From positions 1 to 64,000 of the forward strand of contig CAVYXA010000006.1 in NCBI GenBank assembly GCA_963772365.1: a stretch of DNA of 64,000 bases, in the 5' to 3' direction. This document shows positions 46,935 through 56,734 of the stretch, piece after piece. A program made the translations under genes and the position numbers. The DNA comes from an uncultured Verrucomicrobiae bacterium (GTDB lineage: Bacteria; Verrucomicrobiota; Verrucomicrobiia; Chthoniobacterales; UBA10450). The notes below the pieces were generated by a model that worked only from the letters and a program-made list of their open reading frames with translations, was not told the origin of the DNA and did no database searches. Position 1 is the stretch's first letter; every line of letters starts with the position of its first letter.

Positions 46935-49091
46935 ATGCAAAGTGGGCGAGTCCTGGTTCAACAGCCCGACGAGCGATTAGCTGGTGCGATTGTTAGTGCG
47001 CTGCATGAGGCTGCGCCGGAGGCGGGCGTCACCATCGGTGGCAGCCTGGAAGAGGCCCAGCAGCTCGTCGCCGATAACCATCCAGATCTTTTTGTTCTCG
47101 ATCTCGATGCCGCGCCCGGTCTCGGCCAGGATTTTCTTTACGATTTGCGAACCAGTCATCCGAATGCCCGTGCCATCATTCTCACCGGGGCACATCTCCC
47201 GACTCAGCAAGACCAGGTTGCAGGGCTGGGCGCCATTCATTTTTTAGAAAAGCCTTTTCCGCGCGAGGATTTTGTGGAGCTGGTTGAAGCGCTGCTTCGG
47301 CCCGCTGCCGGAGAAACTGGCGAAAAATTCCGCGGCACATTAAGCGATCTTCACATCGCAGACATCATCCAGTTGAAATGCATGAGCGGAGCAAACACCG
47401 CGCTGGAATTCACCAGTCCGGCCGGAGAGAAAGCGCGTGTTTTTTTTGAAAATGGCCAGGTCCGTCATGCAACGGCGCCGGGCAAAGAAGGATTGGCCGC
47501 TTTTAACGACATCGTGACGTGGAAAGGCGGAACGATTTCAGAAGTCGCAGATCGCGGATCCGTGCCGCATACAATTCGTCAGAACTGGCAATTCTTACTA
47601 ATGGAAGCCGTGCGAGAGTCTGACGAAAAGGCTGCTTCCGAAGCAAAGACGTTTCGGCCGAAAGCGACTTCCACGCGCAGAGTGCTTGTAATCGACGACA
47701 GCCTGATGTTGTTGCGTTTTGTGGAAGAGATCCTCACGGAGGCCCATTATAAGGTCGTGACCGCACCGACGGGCACGGAGGGATTGCAAGCCAGCAAAGA
47801 CGATCCTCCGGATTTGGTTCTGCTCGATTACGTTCTTCCCGATATGAAAGGGGATGAGGTCAGTCGCAAATTGCTCGAAGATCCGGCGACCGCCGATATC
47901 CCGGTAATCTACATGTCCGGTTTCGGTGCCGATCTGCGGCCGGATCGCATCGCTAATGCAAACGTCATTGCCTTCTTGAATAAACCGTTCACTTCGGATT
48001 TGCTTATTAAAACTCTCGAGAGTCATATGCCGAAATCAACTGGCGAACCCGAGCCATCGAAACCTGAAAACACACCAGAGCCGGAGCAGGTTGTCGATCA
48101 GACTGAAGAGGCGCCTGAAACTGAAGAAGCGCCTATTTTCCAGGAACCAGCCGAGCCCGAAGTGCAGCAAACCGCCGCACCGGCGGAGGAATGGTGGAGC
48201 CCACCATCTGGCGCGCCAGACTGGTCACAGCCGGAGACGCAACCGACGCCCGCATCACCCGCAGCCGAGAAGATCGATCTGCCCGATGAATCCGCAACGG
48301 GACAGGCCTTTTTTTGCGGCGACACGCATTTCTTTTCGTTGCATTGGGCGCTGCAAACAATTGCCAAAGAAAATCTCACCGGTTCTCTCCGCATGTTTTG
48401 GGAGAACGCTCCGGTTGAACTTTTTGCCCAGAATGGACACATCCTTTTCGTTACCACTCGCGATCCGGAGCTTTACTGTCCGGAAGCGCCTGTGACGCTG
48501 GTGAATGTGGACACTGAAAGAGTGGCTGCGGCGCGCAACCAACAAATGCAAACCGGTTGTCCACTTTTCCTGACACTGGCGCGTGAGGAATTGATCCTGC
48601 GCGATCCGGCGATTCAACTGGTTCAACATTACGGCCAGAAGCTGTTTGCGCGGCTTTGGACCGCGGAACGAGTGCGTCTCATGTTTGAGCAAAGTGCCGA
48701 GCTTCCGGAATTCACCCGTGAGGTTTCGCCCGAGCCGGATATCGATCATTGGGCGCTTGGTTGTTTGCGATTTATTCAATTTCAGGATCTCGGATCGATC
48801 CTCAATTATGATCCGGCGTCGATTCCCGCGTACACAAGGGACGGATTCGAACGGGTCCAAAACCTGAAACTTACCGTGGCGGAGGCGCAATTTGCTTCGC
48901 AGTTCAACGGCGTCCGCTCTATTGCCCAGATTGCCAAAAATCTGCGGCTCGATTTGAAATTCGCCAGGCTGACGCTCTTCCGTTTTCTGGCCCTCGAAAT
49001 TGTGGAATGCTGGCCGCCGAGCACCGGACCCAAGCCGGAGAGCAAGAGTATCTTTCAGCGGTTCACGCACACGATCGGCATCGGCGAGTAG
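46935..49091 (+). CDS. multidomain response regulator: REC, DUF4388-like, REC, linker, DUF4388-like
   Basis: Two receivers (VLDLD...EKPF; LLDYVLP...NKPF); FRGTLSDL..ADIIQL; Pro/Glu-rich linker. Confidence 0.8.
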   Translation: MQSGRVLVQQPDERLAGAIVSALHEAAPEAGVTIGGSLEEAQQLVADNHPDLFVLDLDAAPGLGQDFLYDLRTSHPNARAIILTGAHLPTQQDQVAGLGAIHFLEKPFPREDFVELVEALLRPAAGETGEKFRGTLSDLHIADIIQLKCMSGANTALEFTSPAGEKARVFFENGQVRHATAPGKEGLAAFNDIVTWKGGTISEVADRGSVPHTIRQNWQFLLMEAVRESDEKAASEAKTFRPKATSTRRVLVIDDSLMLLRFVEEILTEAHYKVVTAPTGTEGLQASKDDPPDLVLLDYVLPDMKGDEVSRKLLEDPATADIPVIYMSGFGADLRPDRIANANVIAFLNKPFTSDLLIKTLESHMPKSTGEPEPSKPENTPEPEQVVDQTEEAPETEEAPIFQEPAEPEVQQTAAPAEEWWSPPSGAPDWSQPETQPTPASPAAEKIDLPDESATGQAFFCGDTHFFSLHWALQTIAKENLTGSLRMFWENAPVELFAQNGHILFVTTRDPELYCPEAPVTLVNVDTERVAAARNQQMQTGCPLFLTLAREELILRDPAIQLVQHYGQKLFARLWTAERVRLMFEQSAELPEFTREVSPEPDIDHWALGCLRFIQFQDLGSILNYDPASIPAYTRDGFERVQNLKLTVAEAQFASQFNGVRSIAQIAKNLRLDLKFARLTLFRFLALEIVECWPPSTGPKPESKSIFQRFTHTIGIGE

Positions 49092-49118
49092 CAAATTCTG
49101 CCAAAGCCGCGGTCGCCC

Positions 49119-49808
49119 ATGAGCCGGAAAGTTCTCGTCGTCGATATCGGCGGGACGAATGTGAAGCTGCACATATCACCTCGCGACCAGCGAAAATTTC
49201 CCTCCGGTCCAGAAATGACGCCCAAGGAGATGCTCAGAAATTTCAAAAAAGCCGTCGAGGACTGGCGGTTTGAAGCGATATCGATCGGTTTTCCCGCGCC
49301 GATTCGCCAGGGCCGGATTCTCAGAGACCCAAAACACTTGGGCAAAGGTTGGAGCAGGTTCGACATTCGCAATGCATTCGGGAAGCCGACGCAGGTAATC
49401 AATGATGCGGCCATGCAGGCGCTCGGCAGTTATCGCGGGAAACGCATGCTTTTTCTCGGGCTGGGCACTGGTCTCGGCTCAGCTCTGGTTTGGGAAAAAA
49501 CATTGTTCCCGCTTGAGCTCGGCGATTTACCCTACCGGCACGGCGACATCATTGAGGAATGGCTCGGCCAGCCGGGTCTCGATAGGATGGGGCGAAAGAA
49601 ATGGATGCGCGAAGTCGAGCACGCGATCCTGCAGTTAAAAAAGGCGTTCATCGCCGATCATGTTGTGGTCGGTGGCGGCAATGCCCGTTTTTTCAAGCGG
49701 TTGCCCGCAGGGTTCGAGCGCGGTGATAATCGGAATGCCTATCGTGGCGGCCTGCGACTGTGGGAGATCGACAAGGAAACCGGACGCAAGAAATGGAACG
49801 TGATTTGA
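49119..49808 (+). CDS. ROK family sugar kinase (polyphosphate glucokinase-like)
   Basis: VDIGGTNVK, NDAA, GLGTGLGSA. Confidence 0.85.
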   Translation: MSRKVLVVDIGGTNVKLHISPRDQRKFPSGPEMTPKEMLRNFKKAVEDWRFEAISIGFPAPIRQGRILRDPKHLGKGWSRFDIRNAFGKPTQVINDAAMQALGSYRGKRMLFLGLGTGLGSALVWEKTLFPLELGDLPYRHGDIIEEWLGQPGLDRMGRKKWMREVEHAILQLKKAFIADHVVVGGGNARFFKRLPAGFERGDNRNAYRGGLRLWEIDKETGRKKWNVI

Positions 49809-49825
49809 TTTCTGGCGCGCGGAAA

Positions 49826-49907
49826 TGCCAGGGAGGGGACTCGAACCCCTAAGGATTGCTCCACCAGATCCTAAGTCTGGCGCGTCTGCCAATTTCGCCA
49901 CCCTGGC
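49826..49907 (-). tRNA. tRNA-Leu(UAG), CCA not encoded
   Basis: GCCAGGG/CCCTGGC acceptor; CCAGA-CTTAGGA-TCTGG anticodon arm; long variable arm. Confidence 0.96.
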
Positions 49908-50033
49908 GGCAACGGCGCTACTTTAACACAAGTCTCGTTGCTTGCGTCGCGAACGCGATCAATTCTACGGCGAATGCCGAAAGCTGTGGGCAGAGGCTTT
50001 GACCTCGGCAGTTCGAGAATCGACAATGATGAG

Positions 50034-50789
50034 ATGAATTCGATCCGGCTCATGGCGATCACCTTCGCGGCTAATATCGCTGCCTCGTTCGCGGTGCAGC
50101 CGGGGTCAGCGCCAGCGGCTACAACTTTTGAAAGCGGTGACACGCAAGCAACTTTAATCGAGCTTTTCACGTCGGAAGGTTGCAGCAGTTGCCCGCCGGC
50201 AGATGCGCGGTTGAGTAAATTCAAAAGCGATCCGGAGCTTTGGAAACGGATCGTCCCGGTCGCGTTTCATGTCGATTACTGGAACCGCTTGGGATGGACT
50301 GATCCCTTTTCGCGTCCGGCGTTTACGGACCGCCAGCGACGCTATGCCGCAGTCTGGCGAATCGATTCCGTGTACACGCCGAACTTTGTCGTGAACGGTC
50401 GGCAATGGAAAAACTGGTACAACGGTAATGCTCCACCAGCGACGAGCGAGAAAGTCGGGAAGCTTCGAATTGTGCTGAATGGCAATCAGGCAATCACGGG
50501 CAGTTTCGAGAGTGATCAACCGGGCCCGCTCCAATTGGAAGTCGCTCGTCTTGGCGCAAATCTCGAATCGGACGTGAAACGCGGTGAAAATAGCGGACGC
50601 AAACTGCGTCACGACTTCGTTGTGCTCGATCTGGTGAAGATCGACATGGTGAAAAGCGGCGATCATTGGACGGCGACCGGGTCGCTGCTGGGCACATCGG
50701 CACAACCAAGCGCCATCGCCGCCTGGGTAAAATCGGCCGATGGCGCTCCGCCCATCCAGGCGACCGGCGGTTGGCTATCGCAAGATTGA
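50034..50789 (+). CDS. DUF1223 domain protein
   Basis: ELFTSEGCSSCPPAD, FHVDYWN.LGW.DPF. Confidence 0.9.
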   Translation: MNSIRLMAITFAANIAASFAVQPGSAPAATTFESGDTQATLIELFTSEGCSSCPPADARLSKFKSDPELWKRIVPVAFHVDYWNRLGWTDPFSRPAFTDRQRRYAAVWRIDSVYTPNFVVNGRQWKNWYNGNAPPATSEKVGKLRIVLNGNQAITGSFESDQPGPLQLEVARLGANLESDVKRGENSGRKLRHDFVVLDLVKIDMVKSGDHWTATGSLLGTSAQPSAIAAWVKSADGAPPIQATGGWLSQD

Positions 50790-50817
50790 CGTTTACTCTG
50801 CCCGATTAACCGGACGC

Positions 50818-53800
50818 TCAGCTACTCTTTGCCGGATTACGGTTTGGAAAAGGCGGGATCGGCGGCAGCTCGTACTTTTTAGTCTTTAGCTCTTCCTGGA
50901 GCTCTTGGATCGCTCGATCGAGCTGTTGATCTTCTCCGTGAAATTCTTTGGCCGGGTCGTTGTCTACATAGATGTCGGGATCGACGCCGTGACTCTCGAT
51001 GATCCAGCCTTTGCCATCCTTTGAATAAGGCGCGAACTCCGGCTTGAAAAGTTGTCCTCCATCGATCAACGGAAGCGGATCACGAATGCCGATCACGCCG
51101 CCCCAGGTGCGCTTGCCAATCAGCTTGCCCAATCCCAGCGTCTTGAAGCGGTATGGAAAGATATCGCCATCCGACGCCGAGAACTCGTTCATCAATGTAA
51201 CCATTGGCCCGAGGAAAGTCTGCGGCGGATTGGTTTGCGGCACGCCGTTGCGAAACATCTCGACCATGACGAGCGCGCGGCGGAGGCGCTCGATTACAAG
51301 AGGCGAGACAAAGCCGCCCCCATTGCCACGAACATCGACAATGAGCGCCTTCTTTCGAATCTGCGGGAAGTAGCGTTTCGTGAATTCATTCAGCCCGGGC
51401 TGACCCATATCAGGAATATGGACATATCCAGCTTCGCCGTTCGTTTTCTTGCTGACGTACTCGATGTTGTGCTGGACCCAGGCGAGATAATAAAGCGGCG
51501 ACTCATCCGCCGTCGGCACAACCGTGATGTCGCGTGCGCCTTGATCGTTAGGTTTGGAATTGGTCCGGAGGATGACTTGTTTGTCGGCTGTGCCAATGAG
51601 CGCGTCGTAGATATTGGGCAAAGTCGATACAGGTGTGCCATTAACAGCGAGAATATAATCGCCTGGCTTGACGTTTAGACCGATGGCAGTCAGCGGCGAG
51701 CGCGTTTCTTTATCCCAATTCTCACCCGGCAAAATGCGATCGACGCGATAGGCGCGACTGGCCGGATCGCGCGAGAGTTCCGCACCGAGGAGTCCAAGTT
51801 TGACCCGAGGTGTCTCCGGGCGCTCGCCGCCGGAAACGTAAGCGTGGCCATTATTCAATTCGCCAATCAGCTCACCGATGATGTAAGTGAGATCGTTGCG
51901 GTGATTCACATACGGTAGAAGAGCCGCGTATTTGTCGCGCATGGCCTTCCAATCGATGCCGTTCATGGTTGGCGAATAGAAAAAGTCGCGCATCTGGCGC
52001 CAGGCTTCGTAGTAGATTTGTTTCCACTCGGCGCGGCGATCGGCGATTTCGTCGAGATCTTTCAGTTCCAGTTTGTGATCTTTTGTCTCGAGTTTTTCTT
52101 TCGGCAGATCGATGATCGCATAGTCCTTGTCGATCTTCACCAGCATCTTCTTGCCGTCGAAGCTGATTTGGTAGGCATTCACATCGCCAAGCACCGTCTC
52201 CTTGCGATCTTCGAGGCTGTAAAAACAAAGACGCCATTTCTGTTTATCCGGGTCCTGATTCTCCTCGTCTTCGCCGGCAGTATCGCCAACTGTTCTCCGC
52301 AGATAGAAAACGCGATCATCGACCAGGCGCAGGTCTTTGTAGTTCGCCGGTGTGATGTCGAGGCCAACGATCCGGTTTTGAATGCCGTCCAAGTCCACCT
52401 TTACTGTGATCGGTTTCTTCTCCTTCTCGCCCTTCTTCTCCTCTTCTTTGTCGCTCTTCTCTTTTTCTTTCTTTTCCGCTTTGCCGACTTCGTCGCTGCG
52501 CGGGCCGAGCGGCGATTCGGTTTCCTTCGAGAGCGTCACGAGGTAAACGCGCTGCATGTCGAGGTAAATATTCTCAAATTCCTCTTCGCCGAAGGTCGGC
52601 TTGAAATCGCGACTCGATGAGAGCATCAAATATTTGCCGTCATTGCTGAAGGAAACACGGCCTGAGGCATACCATTCGTCCGTCACCGGCACTGCTTTTT
52701 TGCTGGCTACCGAATAGAGATAAACCTTGGGCTGTTCATTTTCCTCCGGTTGTCCCCAGGCGATCCAGTGACTGTCAGGCGACCAATCGTACGACTCGAT
52801 TTCGCCATTCTTGTCCTGGGCCACTTCGGTAACGGCTTTGCTTGTCACATCGGCATATCGCAAGCGCTGCCTGCGATCGCTCCAGAGCAGCTTCTTGCTA
52901 TCGGGCGACCAGACCGGTTGGTAATAATAGGTGTCAGCTGCCTTCGTTATCTGTTGCGGCTCGCCTTTCCCGTCCTGGGATCGAACATACAATTCGTTTT
53001 CGCCGCTCTCGTCGGAATTGTAGGCAATCCATTTGCCGTCAGGCGACCAAACGGCGTCACGCTCGTGCGCATTGGAAGTTTTCGTTAAAGCACGAGCGTT
53101 GCCGTGCTTGGCCGGTACTGAGAAGAGATCGCCCCGCGCCACGACAATGACGCGCTCGCCATCGGGCGAGAGATTCACCGATTCGACGTGCTTCGAAGCA
53201 TCGAGATACTGCGCGCGGCCGGAAGCGAAATCTTCCCTGATGTCGATCGGCAACGGCGTGGCTTGTCCAGTCGCCAGATCGTACCGCCAGATGTAACCGG
53301 CTTGTTCAAACATGATGGCGTCCTTGCCAATCGTAGGAAACTTGATATCGAAGTCCTTAAACTGCGTCAGCTGTTTGGTTTCCTTGGTGTTGCGATCGAT
53401 CGAGAAAAGATTCATGCGGACGTCTCGATCGGAGAGGAAATAGACTTTGTTGTCCGGTCCCCACATTGGACAAATATCTTGCGCGTCGGGATTGTTCGTA
53501 AGGTTTTCGGTTTGCTCCGTCTTGAAATCGTAGATCCAGACGTCGTCTACCATTCCGCCGCGGTAATGTTTCCAGGTGCGAAACTCGCGAAACACGCGAT
53601 TGAAAGCCATCTGGGAGTCATCGGGCGAAAAGGAAACAAAACCGCCGCGCGGGACCGGCAATTGTTTAGGCAAATCCGCATCCATCGCGACGGTCTCGAG
53701 ATCGCCGATGAAGGAGTTGAACGAGGTGCGGCGGGAACGAAAGACGACCAGAGGCTTGGTATTCTCCCAGCCCATGACGATATTGTTAGGGCCCATTCGA

Positions 53801-54168
53801 TCCGAAATATCATCGCGGCTCAGAGTCGCCGTTGTGGTTAGCCGCTTCGGCTGACCGCCTTCAGCCGGCATGACGTAAACTTCAGTATTACCATCGTATT
53901 GCGAAGTAAAGGCGATCTGTTTTCCGTCCGGGGAAAAATGGGGAAACGAACTGAACCCGGGACCGCTCGTCAGCCGCCGAGCTGTTCCTCCGTTCTTATC
54001 AACCGTATAAACTTGTCCGGAGTAGCAGAAGACGATCTGATCACCGTTTGTCGTTGGGAAACGCAACAGCCGCGTGGTGTCGGGTAACTTTTGTGCCGAA
54101 GAAATTCGGACCGAGCTAAGGTCCAGGGCGACCGTACAGACGAGAAAAAAGAGATGAACAATTTTCAT
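50818..54168 (-). CDS. tricorn-like S41 protease
   Basis: PD40 propellers, PDZ, DVRGNGGG, SASDGD, RTWGG. Confidence 0.92.
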   Translation of the reverse strand: MKIVHLFFLVCTVALDLSSVRISSAQKLPDTTRLLRFPTTNGDQIVFCYSGQVYTVDKNGGTARRLTSGPGFSSFPHFSPDGKQIAFTSQYDGNTEVYVMPAEGGQPKRLTTTATLSRDDISDRMGPNNIVMGWENTKPLVVFRSRRTSFNSFIGDLETVAMDADLPKQLPVPRGGFVSFSPDDSQMAFNRVFREFRTWKHYRGGMVDDVWIYDFKTEQTENLTNNPDAQDICPMWGPDNKVYFLSDRDVRMNLFSIDRNTKETKQLTQFKDFDIKFPTIGKDAIMFEQAGYIWRYDLATGQATPLPIDIREDFASGRAQYLDASKHVESVNLSPDGERVIVVARGDLFSVPAKHGNARALTKTSNAHERDAVWSPDGKWIAYNSDESGENELYVRSQDGKGEPQQITKAADTYYYQPVWSPDSKKLLWSDRRQRLRYADVTSKAVTEVAQDKNGEIESYDWSPDSHWIAWGQPEENEQPKVYLYSVASKKAVPVTDEWYASGRVSFSNDGKYLMLSSSRDFKPTFGEEEFENIYLDMQRVYLVTLSKETESPLGPRSDEVGKAEKKEKEKSDKEEEKKGEKEKKPITVKVDLDGIQNRIVGLDITPANYKDLRLVDDRVFYLRRTVGDTAGEDEENQDPDKQKWRLCFYSLEDRKETVLGDVNAYQISFDGKKMLVKIDKDYAIIDLPKEKLETKDHKLELKDLDEIADRRAEWKQIYYEAWRQMRDFFYSPTMNGIDWKAMRDKYAALLPYVNHRNDLTYIIGELIGELNNGHAYVSGGERPETPRVKLGLLGAELSRDPASRAYRVDRILPGENWDKETRSPLTAIGLNVKPGDYILAVNGTPVSTLPNIYDALIGTADKQVILRTNSKPNDQGARDITVVPTADESPLYYLAWVQHNIEYVSKKTNGEAGYVHIPDMGQPGLNEFTKRYFPQIRKKALIVDVRGNGGGFVSPLVIERLRRALVMVEMFRNGVPQTNPPQTFLGPMVTLMNEFSASDGDIFPYRFKTLGLGKLIGKRTWGGVIGIRDPLPLIDGGQLFKPEFAPYSKDGKGWIIESHGVDPDIYVDNDPAKEFHGEDQQLDRAIQELQEELKTKKYELPPIPPFPNRNPAKSS

Positions 54169-54254
54169 GGACAAAGGTTGAGCTCAGGAAGCTGGCGTTG
54201 AAAAAGTGGGATGCAACTCCCATTTCGAAGGACGCCGCCGACCAACGGTTTTGT

Positions 54255-54668
54255 CTATAGCGGAGTTTTTCGCGCACGATGCCACGGCGCCTTCAGTTTC
54301 CAGACGAGCAGCATGTTTTTCTTGCGCAATCTGCAGTCATCCTGAATCAGAGTGAGCTGGAGCGTATCGTGTACTCGAGCGAATCGGTAGATGCCTTTGC
54401 CATCACAGCCTTTCGGCCTTAGGCCGCTGGTAATTTTTAAGATCAGCTTGTCTCCGATAAGATCGTATTTTCCCCCGACATCCCGCCTTCCGTTCTGCGT
54501 AAGATCGACATCAAATGTGCCATTCGGTTTGATCGTCCAGACGGCTCCGAGCGAATTTCTCCATGTCCCAACAAGGACATTCTCCCGGTTTTCGGGAAAA
54601 AACAGGCCACAGCTGGAAAAAAGTAACATGGCAATGGCCATGACGGCACCGCGAAAGAACCACCGCAT
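54255..54668 (-). CDS. hypothetical lipoprotein
   Basis: Lipobox-like FSSC; LVGTW motif. Confidence 0.55.
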   Translation of the reverse strand: MRWFFRGAVMAIAMLLFSSCGLFFPENRENVLVGTWRNSLGAVWTIKPNGTFDVDLTQNGRRDVGGKYDLIGDKLILKITSGLRPKGCDGKGIYRFARVHDTLQLTLIQDDCRLRKKNMLLVWKLKAPWHRARKTPL

Positions 54669-54879
54669 TTTCACCTGCCTAAACTGAAAAGTTTCCAAGG
54701 GCCGGTCAAGAGCGGAGCACACTGGAAAGCTAATCAAACATCAACCGGTGCTCGCGCTAGCCGGGCCCGGCCCATTCGCGTCGGACACAGATCTGCATCT
54801 TGTCTGTGGTGCGGCGGTGCTCAATGCGGCAACTCCATTGGCATCAGTCATCGACGACATTGATGCGAGCCGGGTTAGC

Positions 54880-56067
54880 TCAACGATTTATATCGCCGGC
54901 TTCCAGCATTCGGACGCGCTTGTCGATGTATGGCAATCGGATTGTGAGAATAAGGCCTTTGCCTTGGTTGCTTTCGATGGCGAGTTCGCCGCCGTGTTCG
55001 CGCACGATCCGCCGCACAATCAATAGACCTAAGCCGGTGCCCGAAGCTTTCGTTGTGAAATAAGGCTCAAAGACCCGGCTGAGATTTTCGGGCGACATCC
55101 CGCCGCCAGTATCTGTGAAAGTGACGAGGACGTGGGTTTCATCCCGATCGGTCCGAATCCGCAAGACACCGTGGCGTTTCATCGCTTCGAAACTGTTCTT
55201 GATTACATTAAAAAACGCCTGCTTCATCTGGTCGCGATCGATTTGAAGCCACGGCAAATCCGAGCGCAGTTCCTGTTCGACCACGATTTCGCGGTCTTTG
55301 ATCTCAGGAGCAAAAAAACGAACTGCTTCTTCGACAATTGTATTCACATTTTCCGCCTGGAATTGCGGTTTGGACGGACGAATCGCGCGCAGGAATTGCG
55401 TCACGATCGAATCCAGCCGGCTGACTTCGGATCGCGCGATAGCAATTGATTCCTGAAGCTCCGGCTGCGTTGCACTGTCGAGTTTACGGGCCTGTCGTTC
55501 CATTAATTGCAAATGAATGTCCAGCGAGTTGAGGGGATTCCCAATTTCGTGGGCCACGCCTGCAGCGAGCAGGGTCAATGCATTCAATCGTTCGGATTCG
55601 AGCGTCTGTTGCGCCGATCGTCGGCCTTCTGTGATGTCGCGCAAGATCATCGCGTGACCGACCTGATCGCCTGCGATGTCGATACTGTCGGCCGTTTCAC
55701 GCCGCTCAATGACCAGCGGCACGACGTAGAAGTTGATAAAGCGATTGGCAGGATAAAAAATCTCCGTGTCGCGACTCATGGCTGCGCCGCTCTTGGTGAG
55801 AGACGACCAATCCAGACCGCGCACCCGTTCATCCAGCCGTTTCCCGATCGCGTCCTCGGCATTTAGACCGAAAATCTCACAGGCGGCATGGTTGAGATAA
55901 TTGATCCGACCCTTTGAATCCGTCACAATGATTCCCTCCTGAATGGCATTGAAGATTGTCTCCAGGAATCCTTTCTCCTGGGCCAGACGGATCAGGTAAT
56001 TCTGGACTTCCTCGGGGCCGACACGGCCGAGGCGTTCGATTAATTTCTCGAGAAAACCAGCCTTCAT
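54880..56067 (-). CDS. PAS-domain sensor histidine kinase (NtrB-like)
   Basis: AHEIGNPL, DTGGGM, FTTK.SGTGLGL. Confidence 0.92.
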   Translation of the reverse strand: MKAGFLEKLIERLGRVGPEEVQNYLIRLAQEKGFLETIFNAIQEGIIVTDSKGRINYLNHAACEIFGLNAEDAIGKRLDERVRGLDWSSLTKSGAAMSRDTEIFYPANRFINFYVVPLVIERRETADSIDIAGDQVGHAMILRDITEGRRSAQQTLESERLNALTLLAAGVAHEIGNPLNSLDIHLQLMERQARKLDSATQPELQESIAIARSEVSRLDSIVTQFLRAIRPSKPQFQAENVNTIVEEAVRFFAPEIKDREIVVEQELRSDLPWLQIDRDQMKQAFFNVIKNSFEAMKRHGVLRIRTDRDETHVLVTFTDTGGGMSPENLSRVFEPYFTTKASGTGLGLLIVRRIVREHGGELAIESNQGKGLILTIRLPYIDKRVRMLEAGDINR

Positions 56068-56184
56068 TGCTTGTGTTCCCTTTAACTTCGCTTGCGGCGA
56101 AGCTTGTCAACCAGTCTATCGAGTTCCGACGAATTCGTTGGTTGTCGCGAAATTCCTGCTAGAATCTCCATCGGAGGATCGAAT

Positions 56185-56718
56185 ATGAACAAAATATTCT
56201 TATCAGCGATTGTCAGTGTGATTACATTGCCATTGATGCAGGCCGCCGAGATGCAAAAACAACCGGAAGCGGGACAACCGGCGCCCGATTTTCAATTGAC
56301 GGCCGGCGATGGGTCTCACGTGAGTTTGAAAGATTATCGGGGGAAATGGGTGGTGCTCTATTTTTATCCAAAGGATTTCACCAGCGGTTGCACGCTTGAG
56401 GCCAGGAATTTTCAGCGCGACCTGTCGAAGTACGAACAAACCGGCGCGGCCATTCTCGGCGTAAGCGTGGATACGGCAGAATCGCACAAGGATTTCTGCG
56501 CAAAGGAAGGATTGAATTTCAAACTGCTGGCCGATCCCGATGCTCAGGTTTCAACCGAGTATGGATCGGTGATGGATTACAAGGGCAGCAAGCTGGCCGC
56601 GCGGAATACATTCCTGATCAATCCGGATGGAAAGATCGCGAAAGTTTATACCGGCGTGAAACCAGCCGAACATAGCGAGCAGGTTTTGAAAGATCTGGCT
56701 GCTCTCAAGAAAAGCTGA
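56185..56718 (+). CDS. peroxiredoxin (BCP/PrxQ family) with signal peptide
   Basis: YFYPKDFTSGCTLEA. Confidence 0.9.
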   Translation: MNKIFLSAIVSVITLPLMQAAEMQKQPEAGQPAPDFQLTAGDGSHVSLKDYRGKWVVLYFYPKDFTSGCTLEARNFQRDLSKYEQTGAAILGVSVDTAESHKDFCAKEGLNFKLLADPDAQVSTEYGSVMDYKGSKLAARNTFLINPDGKIAKVYTGVKPAEHSEQVLKDLAALKKS

Positions 56719-56734
56719 GCGATCGTCTAAGATT

